A DNA stretch of 64,000 nucleotides from Anaerolineae bacterium (lineage in GTDB: Bacteria; Chloroflexota; Anaerolineae; UBA2200), in the NCBI GenBank assembly GCA_041549915.1, contig JBFEPU010000001.1, positions 1,138 to 65,137 of the forward strand, read 5' to 3'. The notes beneath the pieces were generated by a model that had not been told where the DNA came from, did not search any database, and was given only the letters and a program-made list of their open reading frames with translations. The translations under genes and the position numbers were made by a program. This document shows, one piece after another, positions 29,570 to 39,651 of this stretch (position 1 is its first letter; each line of letters starts with the position of its first letter).

Positions 29570-30298
29570 TCACAAACTCCAGTCGAACTCGCCAAAGACC
29601 TCTGAAACGGGCGGAAGGGCCCCCTTGTTGCCTTCATCACGGACCAGCCAGCTGCGCAGTACTGGCCAATCGCTGAGTGCGATTACCCGGGCCTGTGCCA
29701 GCCTGTTGCACAGCCGCTTGCTGGCCTGTAGCCTGTCCCAGTATCTCTGCATGCCGTCACTAAGAAGCGGCGGCATCTTCCCAAGGATCTCGGGATCGAT
29801 CTCACCAAAGTGATGTGTGCCCCCAGATTCCCCTTTCTTCTTTGTGCCACCCTGTGCCGCATAGTAGGCCAGAGCGGTCAGCATATCGACGGTGTAGCCA
29901 CGGCTGCTGGTCTTGACGACGACCGTGTCGTCGTGCAGGCCAACTTGATCCGAATTTGCCAGCCACTTGAAACCTGTCTTGAGATCGGCCACACTGCCCC
30001 ACAAATCCGAGTTTCCTCTGATGCAGCGTCCAAGGACTTCCACAGCAGATGAGAACAGCTGGTATGCTGGGATATACGTGATCTGCTGGGCCCTCGGATG
30101 CGCGAGCAGCTGACTGACGCTCTGGCAGATATCGTATATGACCCCAATCACATACCCTGCCTTGACAGTCAGAGGGAAAAAGCGCGCGTGACCACCCGCC
30201 TCCCGATTCAGGGCCTTCCAGAGTCGGGCCTCTCTGCTCCAGTTCTTGGGCTTTGCCGTGGGGACCTTGAGCTTCACGTTATCCAACAACCTGGCCAT
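29570..30298 (-). CDS. Hypothetical protein, no recognisable family; lower GC than its neighbours
   Basis: 242-aa ORF with a strong SD (GGAGGAGG-7nt-ATG). GC is visibly lower (~57%) with AT-richer third positions (e.g. GATAACGTGAAG, GTCATATACGATATC). It is not antisense to anything. Confidence 0.5.
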   Translation of the reverse strand: MARLLDNVKLKVPTAKPKNWSREARLWKALNREAGGHARFFPLTVKAGYVIGVIYDICQSVSQLLAHPRAQQITYIPAYQLFSSAVEVLGRCIRGNSDLWGSVADLKTGFKWLANSDQVGLHDDTVVVKTSSRGYTVDMLTALAYYAAQGGTKKKGESGGTHHFGEIDPEILGKMPPLLSDGMQRYWDRLQASKRLCNRLAQARVIALSDWPVLRSWLVRDEGNKGALPPVSEVFGEFDWSL

Positions 30299-30606
30299 TC
30301 CAGTGCCTCCTCCGCAGACTCACTATCAAGCAGCTGGGCTGACCCCAGCCGCGCTTAAGTATGATGTAAGTCGACTCGCGGTCCTGTCCTCGCCCCACGG
30401 CCACACATCGGCCCAACAACCGCTGCTGTGCCCAGCGATTGCATCCTCCCGCCCAACAAAACAGACCTGGCCAACCGCTACTCACTCGGAGTCTCGGCAG
30501 AGACCAGGTCTGCCTCAAACCTGGAATCAGAGTGTGGAGAGAAGCCTTAGATCCCCCAGACGAGCGGTTCAGATGCTGCGCAATCAACGACTGTGACGGA
30601 GGCCCT

Positions 30607-31161
30607 CTATCTAGCCCCAACAAGCGCCAGCTCTTCCGCGGCTCCAGCTAGTTCCGCATCCAACCAGACCAATTCTGCTCGGGCCACAGCCAGCGCGTAG
30701 TCAACTGCCAAGCGCTGCCCAAGATCGTCTCTCTCTCCCAACCCCTTGCCAATCTGCTCCAATGCATGCTGATGGTTCGCAACCTCCGACCGCCGCTGCT
30801 GCATGTTGGCGACCAGACGAGGGCGCGGGTAGTTGCTTGCCAGGACCAGACGCATCATGAACGCCTTCATCGACGTGCCTGGCCCCACAGGCCGCTCGGT
30901 CCACAGCTGCAGCACGCGCCTGCCGGCCTCAGTGATCGTGTAGACCTTCCGCGGCGGCCTGTCTTCACGCAGCTCGACATCCACGTTCACCAAATGTTCT
31001 TGCAGCAAGACTCGCAAGGCAGGGTAGATGCTGCCCGCACTCGGACTGCCAATCAGCCAACTCAGGCTCTTGAGGAAACGTTTGACATCGTAGCCGGACA
31101 TCGGCTGGCGTGTAAGCAGCCCTAGGATAAAGTACCGCAGGTTGACAGCGCGCTCCGACAT
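30607..31161 (-). CDS. PadR-family transcriptional regulator with C-terminal extension
   Basis: LRYFILGLLTRQPMSGYDVKRFLK...GSIYPALRVL...VYTITEAGR is a PadR winged helix. Start at the ATG at 31161 (MSERAV). Confidence 0.7.
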   Translation of the reverse strand: MSERAVNLRYFILGLLTRQPMSGYDVKRFLKSLSWLIGSPSAGSIYPALRVLLQEHLVNVDVELREDRPPRKVYTITEAGRRVLQLWTERPVGPGTSMKAFMMRLVLASNYPRPRLVANMQQRRSEVANHQHALEQIGKGLGERDDLGQRLAVDYALAVARAELVWLDAELAGAAEELALVGAR

Positions 31162-31279
31162 AGGTACCCCCAAACAGCAGCGTGTGAACGGTTGTACCGC
31201 TATAGATCGAACTGACATATTCTACTCAAAGGATGCGCCATTGTCAAGGTTCCACGAATTTGCGCAGTTGGTGAAAGTG

Positions 31280-31288
31280 TGCTATAAT
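31280..31288 (+). promoter_or_regulatory. Extended -10 promoter (TGcTATAAT) upstream of rpsO
   Basis: GTGTGCTATAATCGCC about 45 nt upstream of the rpsO ATG, followed by SD GAGGAGGAAGGAGG. Confidence 0.45.
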
Positions 31289-31331
31289 CGCCAATTGTGT
31301 TTGGAGTTGTGAGGAGGAAGGAGGCAGGGCA

Positions 31332-31601
31332 ATGGCCTTGGTAAAGGCCGAGAAAGAAGCGATTATCAAAGAGTACCACGTGCATCCGAAGGACACGGGC
31401 TCGCCTGAGGTACAGATAGCACTGCTGACGCAGCGCATCCAGGCGCTTACGGAGCACCTCAAAGTTCACAAACATGATGAGGCTTCACGCCGCGGCTTGT
31501 TGAAGTTGGTGGGGCAGCGTCGCCGCCATTTGGCCTACTTGAGCCGCACAGATTCCACACGCTACAAAGAGATCGTAACAAGACTCAACCTGCGGAGATA
31601 G
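31332..31601 (+). CDS. rpsO: 30S ribosomal protein S15
   Basis: [70 protein letters not shown] is canonical S15. Confidence 0.9.
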   Translation: MALVKAEKEAIIKEYHVHPKDTGSPEVQIALLTQRIQALTEHLKVHKHDEASRRGLLKLVGQRRRHLAYLSRTDSTRYKEIVTRLNLRR

Positions 31602-31633
31602 TGTGCAGGGCACGCTACAGGCCCGGAGAGATC

Positions 31634-31666
31634 GAACGAGTAGATGGTAGACTGTCATCTACTCGT
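31634..31666 (+). terminator. 12-bp perfect hairpin between rpsO and pnp (rpsO terminator and/or RNase III-type pnp leader processing site)
   Basis: AACGAGTAGATG-gtagactgt-CATCTACTCGTT followed by TCCTTGTG (weak U-tract). Confidence 0.5.
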
Positions 31667-31848
31667 TTCCTTGTGCCCTACCCGGCCCTGCAGTATTCCC
31701 GCAAGAGATCATGAAAGGGTAGTCCAGGAATTGGGGAGTGCGCCGCACCGAAGAACCACACCGAGCATTGCTGTCATGGTGCGGCTCAGTTCCCAGTCCC
31801 TGACTGCCCGTCTTGATCTCTAGGCAGATCACAGAAAAAGGATAAAAA

Positions 31849-34041
31849 ATGAATAACGAAAAGAGTTTCAATGCCAGGCTGGGAAACTCCACTCTGGCAG
31901 TAGAGACGGGCAAACTAGCTGGGCAAGCTGGAGGAGCAGTGACAGTTCGCTGCGGCGATACCATGATCCTGGCCACAGCCACCAGCGCGCAGACCCCCCG
32001 CGAAGGCATGGATTTCTTTCCCCTAACAGTAGACTATGAAGAGCGCCTGTATGCAGCTGGGAAGATCCCTGGCGGATTCTTCAAACGCGAGGGCCGCCCT
32101 ACGGAAGCAGCAATCCTGCTTTGCCGGCTGACGGACCGTGCACTTCGTCCCCTCTTCCCCAAGGGCATGCGAAACGATGTACAGATCGTTGTGACCGCAC
32201 TGTCGGCGGACCAAGAGCACTATCTGGATATTCTCTCCATCATAGGTGCTTCGGCTGCGCTATCCATATCGGACATGCCGTTCAGCGGTCCAGTGGGAGC
32301 GATCAGAGTGGGCTACGCCGACGGGCAGCTACTGCTCAACCCTACGTGCTCCGAGATGCAGAACAGTGTGCTGGATCTGAGGCTGGCTGGAACCGCGGAT
32401 GCCATCGTCATGGTCGAAGCAGGTGCAGATGAGGTCTCAGAAGACGTCATCCTCGAGGCCTTGCGGCAGGGCCACGAGGCCTACCAAGACGTGATCCGCA
32501 TGCAACAGGAGATTCGCCAGGCTGTGGGCAAGCCCAAGTCGGACTATCCCGTTTTCCAGGTGACTGAAGAAGCCGCACGGGCCGTGAGGGAGCAGCTGGA
32601 TGGCCGCATCATGCCGGCCATTGAGCAAGCACGCAACAAAGAGGAAAGGTATCAGGCTCTGGATGAATTGCAGGCACAGGTGGTCGGTAGCCTTGCGGAG
32701 AGATACCCCGAACCAGAAACATCAGCAGCGTTCGATGACTATTTCAAAAGCGAAGTGCGCAAGGCCATACTTGACAGGGGCTACCGGCCGGATGGCCGTA
32801 ACTCTCAGACAATTCGCCCCATTCACTGTGAGGTGGGGCTCCTGCCACGCACACACGGTTCTGGTCTCTTCACTCGAGGCGAGACCCAAGTGCTGACGAT
32901 CGCCACGCTGGGAACAGTGAGCGATGAGCAAAGGATCGATGGCCTAGGAGTGGAAGAGAGAAAGCGCTATATGCATCACTACAACTTCCCTCCCTACAGC
33001 ACTGGAGAAGCCAGGAGGATGCGGGGACCAGGCCGACGAGAGATCGGGCACGGTGCACTGGCAGAAAGAGCGCTCCTACCCCTGATCCCCAGCGATGAAG
33101 AGTTTCCCTATACCCTTCGACTGGTGTCGGAGGTCCTGTCCTCCAACGGTTCGACTTCCCAGGCTAGCGTGTGTGCGAGCTCGTTGGCCCTGATGGATGC
33201 AGGCGTGCCGATCCAAGCGCCCGTGGCAGGCATCGCCATGGGCCTGATCAAGGAAGGTGATCGCTACGCCGTACTGACGGATATACTGGGTATGGAAGAT
33301 CACCTTGGAGACATGGATTTCAAGGTGGCTGGCACAGCAAAGGGGATCACGGCCCTCCAGATGGACCTCAAGACCAAAGGCATAGGCGCCGAAATCATGC
33401 GCTCCGCCTTGGAGCAGGCGCGCGAGGCGCGTCTGTTCGTGTTGGACAAGATGTCCGAGACGATCAAAGAGGCACGCCCAGAATTGTCCGCCTACGCTCC
33501 ACGGATCACCCTCGTGAAGATTGATCCCGAGAAGATCGGTGTGGTCATCGGGCCTGGCGGAAAGACGATACGTCATATCATCGCCGAAACCGGGGCCAAC
33601 ATTGATGTCGAAGAAGATGGCACGGTCTACGTTGCTTCCGCCGACAAGGCGGCCAGTGAAAAGGCCGTGGGCATGATCGAAGCCCTGACCGAAGAACCTG
33701 AAGTCGGCAAGATTTACACTGGCAGGGTCGTCAACACGACCGATTTTGGTGCTTTTGTGGAGATCTTGCCAGGCAGGGACGGGCTAGTGCACATCTCGCA
33801 ACTGGCTGACTATCACGTCGGAAAAGTGGAAGATGTGGTAAAGGTTGGCGACGAGATCATGGTGATGATCATCGGGATTGACTCCGATGGGAAGATCAAG
33901 CTTTCCCGGCAGGCAGTCATAGAGGGCTGGACCGCAGAAGAAGCCCGTGAGCGAGACCGCGGTGGGAGAGGTGGACGTCGTCCCCCTTCGAGATCTCGAG
34001 GCCCTCGGGGCGGCAGATCTCGTTCAAGAGAGCAAAGATAA
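31849..34041 (+). CDS. pnp: Polyribonucleotide nucleotidyltransferase (PNPase) with an Arg/Gly-rich C-terminal tail
   Basis: Two RNase PH domains, then KH and S1 ([28 protein letters not shown]). Located downstream of rpsO as in most bacteria. Confidence 0.9.
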   Translation: MNNEKSFNARLGNSTLAVETGKLAGQAGGAVTVRCGDTMILATATSAQTPREGMDFFPLTVDYEERLYAAGKIPGGFFKREGRPTEAAILLCRLTDRALRPLFPKGMRNDVQIVVTALSADQEHYLDILSIIGASAALSISDMPFSGPVGAIRVGYADGQLLLNPTCSEMQNSVLDLRLAGTADAIVMVEAGADEVSEDVILEALRQGHEAYQDVIRMQQEIRQAVGKPKSDYPVFQVTEEAARAVREQLDGRIMPAIEQARNKEERYQALDELQAQVVGSLAERYPEPETSAAFDDYFKSEVRKAILDRGYRPDGRNSQTIRPIHCEVGLLPRTHGSGLFTRGETQVLTIATLGTVSDEQRIDGLGVEERKRYMHHYNFPPYSTGEARRMRGPGRREIGHGALAERALLPLIPSDEEFPYTLRLVSEVLSSNGSTSQASVCASSLALMDAGVPIQAPVAGIAMGLIKEGDRYAVLTDILGMEDHLGDMDFKVAGTAKGITALQMDLKTKGIGAEIMRSALEQAREARLFVLDKMSETIKEARPELSAYAPRITLVKIDPEKIGVVIGPGGKTIRHIIAETGANIDVEEDGTVYVASADKAASEKAVGMIEALTEEPEVGKIYTGRVVNTTDFGAFVEILPGRDGLVHISQLADYHVGKVEDVVKVGDEIMVMIIGIDSDGKIKLSRQAVIEGWTAEEARERDRGGRGGRRPPSRSRGPRGGRSRSREQR

Positions 34042-34067
34042 CCACAACTCCAGAGGACCGCAGGTAG

Positions 34068-34712
34068 ATGAGCGAACAGCCCTACACAGAACAGGCAGCA
34101 CAAGAAAGTCACTCTGGTTCCGCCGGACGCACCATCGCGCGCTGGTTTCGAGAGCTGGCAGAGACCATCGTGCCTGCGCTGCTCATTGTCTTGGTTGTGA
34201 ACCTGTTCCTGGCACAAGCTACGCGGGTGGAAGGCCAGAGCATGGAGCCCAACATCCACAACGATCAGAGGCTAGTCGTCGAGAAGATCACCTATCGCCT
34301 GCATCTACCGGAGCGGGGCGACATCGTTGTGCTAAAGCCCCCCAACTGGCGGCCTCAGCAGCTCGAGCAACGCATGCTCTCCTGGATTTGCACGGTGCTG
34401 CCCTTGGACTGTGCGATGGACGCGTCAGACCCGCTTATCAAACGTGTCATCGGACTGCCTGGCGAGACGATCGAGATCAGCGACGGTCGTGTGTACATCA
34501 ATGGGGAGGCCCTCGAAGAGCCCTATCTTCAACAAGAGACCTACGGCAGTGTGCTTCCGCGTGTCATAACAGCGGGCCACATATTCGTTCTCGGGGACAA
34601 CCGCGGCGCGAGCAACGATTCGCGCAGCTTTGGGGAGGTGGCACTCTCAAACGTCGTCGGACGAGCCTGGTTCCGGTATTGGCCACTGGATGAGATGGGC
34701 CTGGTACACTGA
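34068..34712 (+). CDS. lepB: Signal peptidase I
   Basis: S26 boxes: catalytic Ser in GQSMEPN, VLKPP, GDNRGASNDSRSFG, and one N-terminal TM. Confidence 0.8.
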   Translation: MSEQPYTEQAAQESHSGSAGRTIARWFRELAETIVPALLIVLVVNLFLAQATRVEGQSMEPNIHNDQRLVVEKITYRLHLPERGDIVVLKPPNWRPQQLEQRMLSWICTVLPLDCAMDASDPLIKRVIGLPGETIEISDGRVYINGEALEEPYLQQETYGSVLPRVITAGHIFVLGDNRGASNDSRSFGEVALSNVVGRAWFRYWPLDEMGLVH

Positions 34713-34864
34713 GGCGCAGGCTTCGATCAAATCGCCCGCGCTCCTGTGCAGGGAGACGGTTCTAACGCAAGCGACCTCCTGAGGCCTACCAGTAAAGGTA
34801 GTGCCCAGGAGGTCAATCTTGTGTTCCGGCACAAGTCCGGAATGAGGACCGCTTCTCTTTGCCT

Positions 34865-35722
34865 CTAGGAAGCTCTCACCCTGAAGCTGTCGCCCACCTG
34901 CGACAGATACCCAGCAGGCATGCAGACGTCGTGCCCAAAGAACAGCAGTGCCTGCCTCTCGAGCACCGAGTTCCTCATGGCTCGTTTCGTCTCCAGTGTC
35001 TCGAGCGGCTCTGTATCGAATGCGGTTGTCCAGTTCAGCCGCTCCAGATGCACAGACCTCGCCGCAAGGTCACCCAGGAAGACCGCGGTCTGCCCGGCCG
35101 ATTCGATGATCACGCTCTGATGTCCCCGCGTATGGCCCCTCGTGACCACACAGCGCACCTCGCCGGTGACGCGCGTGTCGCCGTACAACAGTCGGAGCTG
35201 CCCCGCTTCCTGAAGTGACGAAAAGTTCTCGGCGAGATAGCTCCGGCGCGTGCGTTCGTTGGGATAACGGGCATCAGACCACTCCAGACGCTGAATCCAG
35301 TACTGCGCGTTGGGAAAAGCAGGTACGGGCACACCGGCCTGAAGAACGGTGTTCCACCCACAGTGATCTGAATGCAGGTGTGTGTTGATCACGACATCGA
35401 TGTCACTTGCAGCGTACCCGTGGCGCTGCAAACTGTTCAGCAGATGGCCATCGCTGCGCCGCAGTGCCAGAATCTCCACCTCCGCTGGCCTCAGCTTGGG
35501 TCCAAAGCCTGTGTCAACCAGGATGCGCTTGCCCTCTGAAATGATGAGAAGGCAATTGAGGGCCATGGGGATGCGGTTCAGCTCATCGGGCGGTAGAAAC
35601 TCTTCCCAAAGCACCTTGGGCACCACGCCAAAGATAGCCCCGCCGTCGATGCGCCACTCACCATCGCTCAGCACGAAGCACTGTACGTTGCCCACACGCA
35701 TCTCGCGTCTCACCAAGACCAA
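34865..35722 (-). CDS. MBL-fold metallo-hydrolase
   Basis: HLHSDHCGWN (HxHxDH) and a downstream His. Confidence 0.7.
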   Translation of the reverse strand: MVLVRREMRVGNVQCFVLSDGEWRIDGGAIFGVVPKVLWEEFLPPDELNRIPMALNCLLIISEGKRILVDTGFGPKLRPAEVEILALRRSDGHLLNSLQRHGYAASDIDVVINTHLHSDHCGWNTVLQAGVPVPAFPNAQYWIQRLEWSDARYPNERTRRSYLAENFSSLQEAGQLRLLYGDTRVTGEVRCVVTRGHTRGHQSVIIESAGQTAVFLGDLAARSVHLERLNWTTAFDTEPLETLETKRAMRNSVLERQALLFFGHDVCMPAGYLSQVGDSFRVRAS

Positions 35723-35820
35723 GGGGCAGGGTACCTTTCGCGCCGCCTGGCTGGCCGCAGACGGCGGCTCCCGACGCGGTGTCTGGCTCTGCTATCCATC
35801 GTTCCCCAGCGGTATCGAGA

Positions 35821-36720
35821 TCACTCGGGAACAACCTGCCCGCTGGCTCTCGCCTTTGCGACCAGTTTGTCCCACTCGCGGTCCACGTTGTCCTGGATTC
35901 GCCGAATGTCCTGGGGCTCGAGGTGAGCAAAGCGGCCCTGCAGACGCAGGTATTTCTCAGCAGGCTCTTTCTGCCTGGGCCACACTGTGATCCTGTACTC
36001 TTCGCCGTGTTCGACCTCATACAGCGGGAAGACGCAGGTCTCCACCGCCAGACGCGAAAGATACACCGCTTGTCCTGGCTCAGACTTCCAGCCGGAGGGA
36101 CACGGCGACAACACATGCAAGAACTTGCTGCCGCGGATCTCCTTGGCCTTTTTCACCTTGCGCATGAGATCTTCAGGATACGCAACAGTGGCAGTAGCCG
36201 TGTAGGGTATGCGATGCGCAGCCATGATCGCCACCATGTCTTTCTTCGGCTGACTTTTCGGATGCGTGACCGGGGTGGTGGTCGTCCAGGCACCCCACGG
36301 TGTGGCCGAGCTGCGCTGGATGCCGGTATTCATGTACGCCTCGTTGTCGTAGCATACATAGATGAAATCCTCATTCCGCTCCACCGCGGCTGACAGCGCC
36401 TGAATGCCGATGTCAAATGTGCCGCCATCGCCGGCCAGGGTCATGACCGTCGTGTCCGTGAGACCACGCGCTTCCAGCCCTGCCTTGACGCCCGAGGCCA
36501 CCGAGCCCCCGGTGGCGAAGAGGCTGTGTAGCAATGGCACCTTCACTGCACTATATGGGAATGGCCCGGCGATGATCGACCAGCAAGAGGCAACTACAAT
36601 CAGTACCGTGTCCTCACCCAGTGCCTTCAGTGCGTAACGGACAGCCATGGGAGCGCCGCAACCCGGGCAAGCGACATGGCCGGGGGTCATCAATTCTTGA
36701 TCTGGCACATCGTAGCTCAC
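35821..36720 (-). CDS. 2-oxoacid:ferredoxin oxidoreductase beta subunit (TPP-binding; PorB/VorB/KorB-like)
   Basis: CPGCGAPMAVRYALKALG and a GDGG TPP motif. Confidence 0.8.
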   Translation of the reverse strand: MSYDVPDQELMTPGHVACPGCGAPMAVRYALKALGEDTVLIVVASCWSIIAGPFPYSAVKVPLLHSLFATGGSVASGVKAGLEARGLTDTTVMTLAGDGGTFDIGIQALSAAVERNEDFIYVCYDNEAYMNTGIQRSSATPWGAWTTTTPVTHPKSQPKKDMVAIMAAHRIPYTATATVAYPEDLMRKVKKAKEIRGSKFLHVLSPCPSGWKSEPGQAVYLSRLAVETCVFPLYEVEHGEEYRITVWPRQKEPAEKYLRLQGRFAHLEPQDIRRIQDNVDREWDKLVAKARASGQVVPE

Positions 36721-37871
36721 TTCTTCACCTCCATCCAGATGCTATCTTCGGCTGGCATGTCGTGACTCTGGGTGTGGTTCAAGATGCTGTGGATGGACTC
36801 TGGTGTCACATCACGCCCCCCCAGACCGATGATGAAGGGGAACAGCACCGGCTGCTGAGACGCACCATACAGCGCGGACTTGACTTCCGCGGCAAAGATC
36901 CCGCCGTGTCCCTGCGAGATGTTGCGATCGATGACCGCCACTTTCGGAGTCCCAACCAGGGCCTCACGGACAGCCTCAAAGGGGAAAGGTCGAAACAGTC
37001 GCATCTTCAAGAGCCCCACCTTATGCCCATTGGCGCGCCACGTGTCGACCACCACACGCGCGGTGCTGGTGATGCTACCAGACGTGACCAGCACGATATC
37101 AGCATCCTCAATACGATACTTCTCGACCACATCGTAACCACGCCCGAACACGTCGCCGAACTGTGCACCGATCCGCTGTGTCGCCTGCACCGCATCTCGC
37201 ATGGCTTGATGCATCTTGTAGCGCAGCTCCATATAGTGTTCCGGGGTCACCAGACCGTAGAATGCGTGCGGATCTCCCGGGTCCAGCTTGAACTCCGGTT
37301 CGTATGGTGGCAGAAAGCCATCCACGACAGCCTGATCAGGGATATCCACAGGCTCCATCGTATGAGAGAGGACAAAGGCGTCGAGAATGATCATCACCGG
37401 CAGCAGAACCGCTTCAGCGATCTTGAACCCCTGGATGACGGTATCCAGCGCTTCCTGATTGGTTTCACAATAGAATTGCATCCACCCGGTGTCGCGCTGT
37501 GCCAAGCTATCCGTTTGCTCAGTCCACACATTCCATCCGGGGCCCATCGCGCGGTTCACATTGGCCATGACGATCGGTAGCCGACCACCCGCTGCCCAAT
37601 GCAGCACTTCGTGCATCAGACCCAGGCCATGGGAGGAGGTTGCAGTGAACGCTCGAGCACCGGCCATGGAAGCACCAACCACAGCTGCCATAACGGAATG
37701 CTCAGATTCGACCTTGATGAACTTGGCATCAAGCCGCCCATCGGCACAGAACTCGGAGAGAATCTCCACGATCTGCGTCTGCGGAGTAATGGGATACGCT
37801 GCGATGACCTGGGCGCGGGCAAGCTGCACGCCGTACGACACGGCGTGGTTGCCCATGATCACTTTCTCCAT
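36717..37871 (-). CDS. 2-oxoacid:ferredoxin oxidoreductase alpha subunit (PorA/VorA-like)
   Basis: MEKVIMGNHAVSYGVQLARAQVIAAYPITPQT is a typical alpha N-terminus. 4-nt overlap with the beta subunit. Start chosen at 37871 (or 37856); the track's N-terminus is extended. Confidence 0.8.
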   Translation of the reverse strand: MEKVIMGNHAVSYGVQLARAQVIAAYPITPQTQIVEILSEFCADGRLDAKFIKVESEHSVMAAVVGASMAGARAFTATSSHGLGLMHEVLHWAAGGRLPIVMANVNRAMGPGWNVWTEQTDSLAQRDTGWMQFYCETNQEALDTVIQGFKIAEAVLLPVMIILDAFVLSHTMEPVDIPDQAVVDGFLPPYEPEFKLDPGDPHAFYGLVTPEHYMELRYKMHQAMRDAVQATQRIGAQFGDVFGRGYDVVEKYRIEDADIVLVTSGSITSTARVVVDTWRANGHKVGLLKMRLFRPFPFEAVREALVGTPKVAVIDRNISQGHGGIFAAEVKSALYGASQQPVLFPFIIGLGGRDVTPESIHSILNHTQSHDMPAEDSIWMEVKK

Positions 37872-39637
37872 TTGAGCTCCTCCTCCATAACGATAGCCTC
37901 GCGCGGGCATTCCTCGGCGCAGACGCCGCAACCCTTACAGTAGTCGTAGTCAACTTGGTAGGCCTGGGCGCCCGGCTCAAGCGATGGTGGGACAGAGTCG
38001 AGGCGACGGATGCATATGTCAGGGCAGAAGAGCCAGCACGTGTCACACTGGTTACAGACTCCACAGCTGAAGCAACGCTCAGCCTCCTTCAACGCATCCC
38101 CCTCGGTGTAGCCGAGATTCACCTCGCCAAAGCCCTTGACCCGTTCAGCCGCTGGTCGCTGAGGCTGAACGGTGCGCGGCTCCTCCGTGAAGTAAGCCAG
38201 ATTGATGTCCTCAAAGCGCACCACCGTTGGATCGACATCCCGAGGAGCAACCCGGAGGTGAGCCGTGAGGGGTGGGAACCCCTCCAATGCCTGACCACGC
38301 AGGTATCTGTCGATTGCCAGCGCGGCACGCTTGCCCGAACCGATTGCATGGGCCACAGTGCCAAAGCCAGTCGCTGCATCCCCGCCAGCGAAGACGCCTT
38401 GGGGCCACCGATCCGCACCGGACGGGGATCTGGATATGGCTCCAGCCTCGTTGATTGCGATCCGACCGCGCTCTACCTGAGCACGGTCACCTAGGAACGA
38501 CAGCTCTGCCGCCTGCCCCAGAGCGGGGATGACCATATCCACATCGACAGTGTAGTCGGAGCCAGGTATCACTTCGGGGCGGCGTCGCCCGCTCTCATCT
38601 GGAGCGCCCAGGCGCATGCGCACACAACGGAGACCGCTCACACGGCCATTCTCCGCCAGCACCTCCACCGGCGCAGTCAGGAATTCCAGCCTTATGCCCT
38701 CCTGATCGGTTTCCTCAACCTCTTCGGGGATGGCCGGCATCTCATGTCGCGAACGCCGGTATAGGATAGCTACGTCGGAGGCGCCCAGGCGCAGCGCAGA
38801 CCGTGCAGCGTCCATTGCAGTGTTTCCGCCACCGATCACAGCCACGGTCGGGCCAACCGTGGTTTCTTGCCCCAGGTTGACGCGCTGCAGGAATTCAACA
38901 CCCGGCGCGACGCCAGAGGCATCTTCGCCGGGGACATTCAGCCTCAGACCGCGGTGCTGTCCGACAGCTAGGAAGACGGCATGATAATCGTCCAAGTCCT
39001 CAAAACCCAGATCCTCCCCGAAGCGCATGCCCGTGCGGATTTCGATGCCCAGTGACACGATAGCTTCAATCTCAGCGTCCAGCACATCGCGCGGCAGTCG
39101 GTAGGAGGGGATACCCACCCGCAGCATGCCACCAACTGCCGGTAGTGCCTCAAACACCGTGACCTTGTAGCCACTCCTCGCCAGCTGGTAAGCACAGGAC
39201 AGACCCGCCGGCCCTGACCCAATCACCGCGACCCTGGCATCGGGCACATCTCGCACCTCGAGCCTGGGCAATGTGCGTGGCGCTGGGAGGTCGGCCAGAA
39301 AACGCTCCATACTGTGGATGGCAATAGCGCCCCCAAGCTGTGCGCGGTTGCACTCGGACTCGCACGGATGCGCGCATACCCGACCGCACACGCCAGGGAA
39401 AGGGTTCTCTTGCAGAATGGTCTGCCGGGCCTCCTCGTACTGTCCCTTCGTCACCATTGCCAGGTACGTGACAATGTCCTCGCCCGCAGGACAGGCGTGG
39501 TTACACGGCGACGTCTTGTTGCGATATATGGGCCGAACGTACCTCCACGAACCCGTCTTGTTGTACAGTGTGCTGCCCAATGACATGGGCAGAAGCGGCA
39601 TGTCGGCCTCGGTCTTGAAGACGATCTCGTAGGACAT
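37859..39637 (-). CDS. GltD-like NAD(P)H-dependent FAD oxidoreductase fused to a 2x[4Fe-4S] ferredoxin domain (occupies the PorD/delta position)
   Basis: N-terminal Cys cluster (CNHACPAGE...CGRVCAHPCESEC), two dinucleotide-binding motifs (VAVIGSGPAGLSCA and VAVIGGGNTAMDAA), and a C-terminal CFSCGVCNQCDTCWLFCP...CKGCGVCAEECP. Confidence 0.75.
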   Translation of the reverse strand: MSYEIVFKTEADMPLLPMSLGSTLYNKTGSWRYVRPIYRNKTSPCNHACPAGEDIVTYLAMVTKGQYEEARQTILQENPFPGVCGRVCAHPCESECNRAQLGGAIAIHSMERFLADLPAPRTLPRLEVRDVPDARVAVIGSGPAGLSCAYQLARSGYKVTVFEALPAVGGMLRVGIPSYRLPRDVLDAEIEAIVSLGIEIRTGMRFGEDLGFEDLDDYHAVFLAVGQHRGLRLNVPGEDASGVAPGVEFLQRVNLGQETTVGPTVAVIGGGNTAMDAARSALRLGASDVAILYRRSRHEMPAIPEEVEETDQEGIRLEFLTAPVEVLAENGRVSGLRCVRMRLGAPDESGRRRPEVIPGSDYTVDVDMVIPALGQAAELSFLGDRAQVERGRIAINEAGAISRSPSGADRWPQGVFAGGDAATGFGTVAHAIGSGKRAALAIDRYLRGQALEGFPPLTAHLRVAPRDVDPTVVRFEDINLAYFTEEPRTVQPQRPAAERVKGFGEVNLGYTEGDALKEAERCFSCGVCNQCDTCWLFCPDICIRRLDSVPPSLEPGAQAYQVDYDYCKGCGVCAEECPREAIVMEEELKWRK

Positions 39638-39651
39638 GACGGCACCTTTCT

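Noticed and set aside
36621-37580. 319-aa plus-strand ORF
   Set aside because: Antisense to porA with no motifs.
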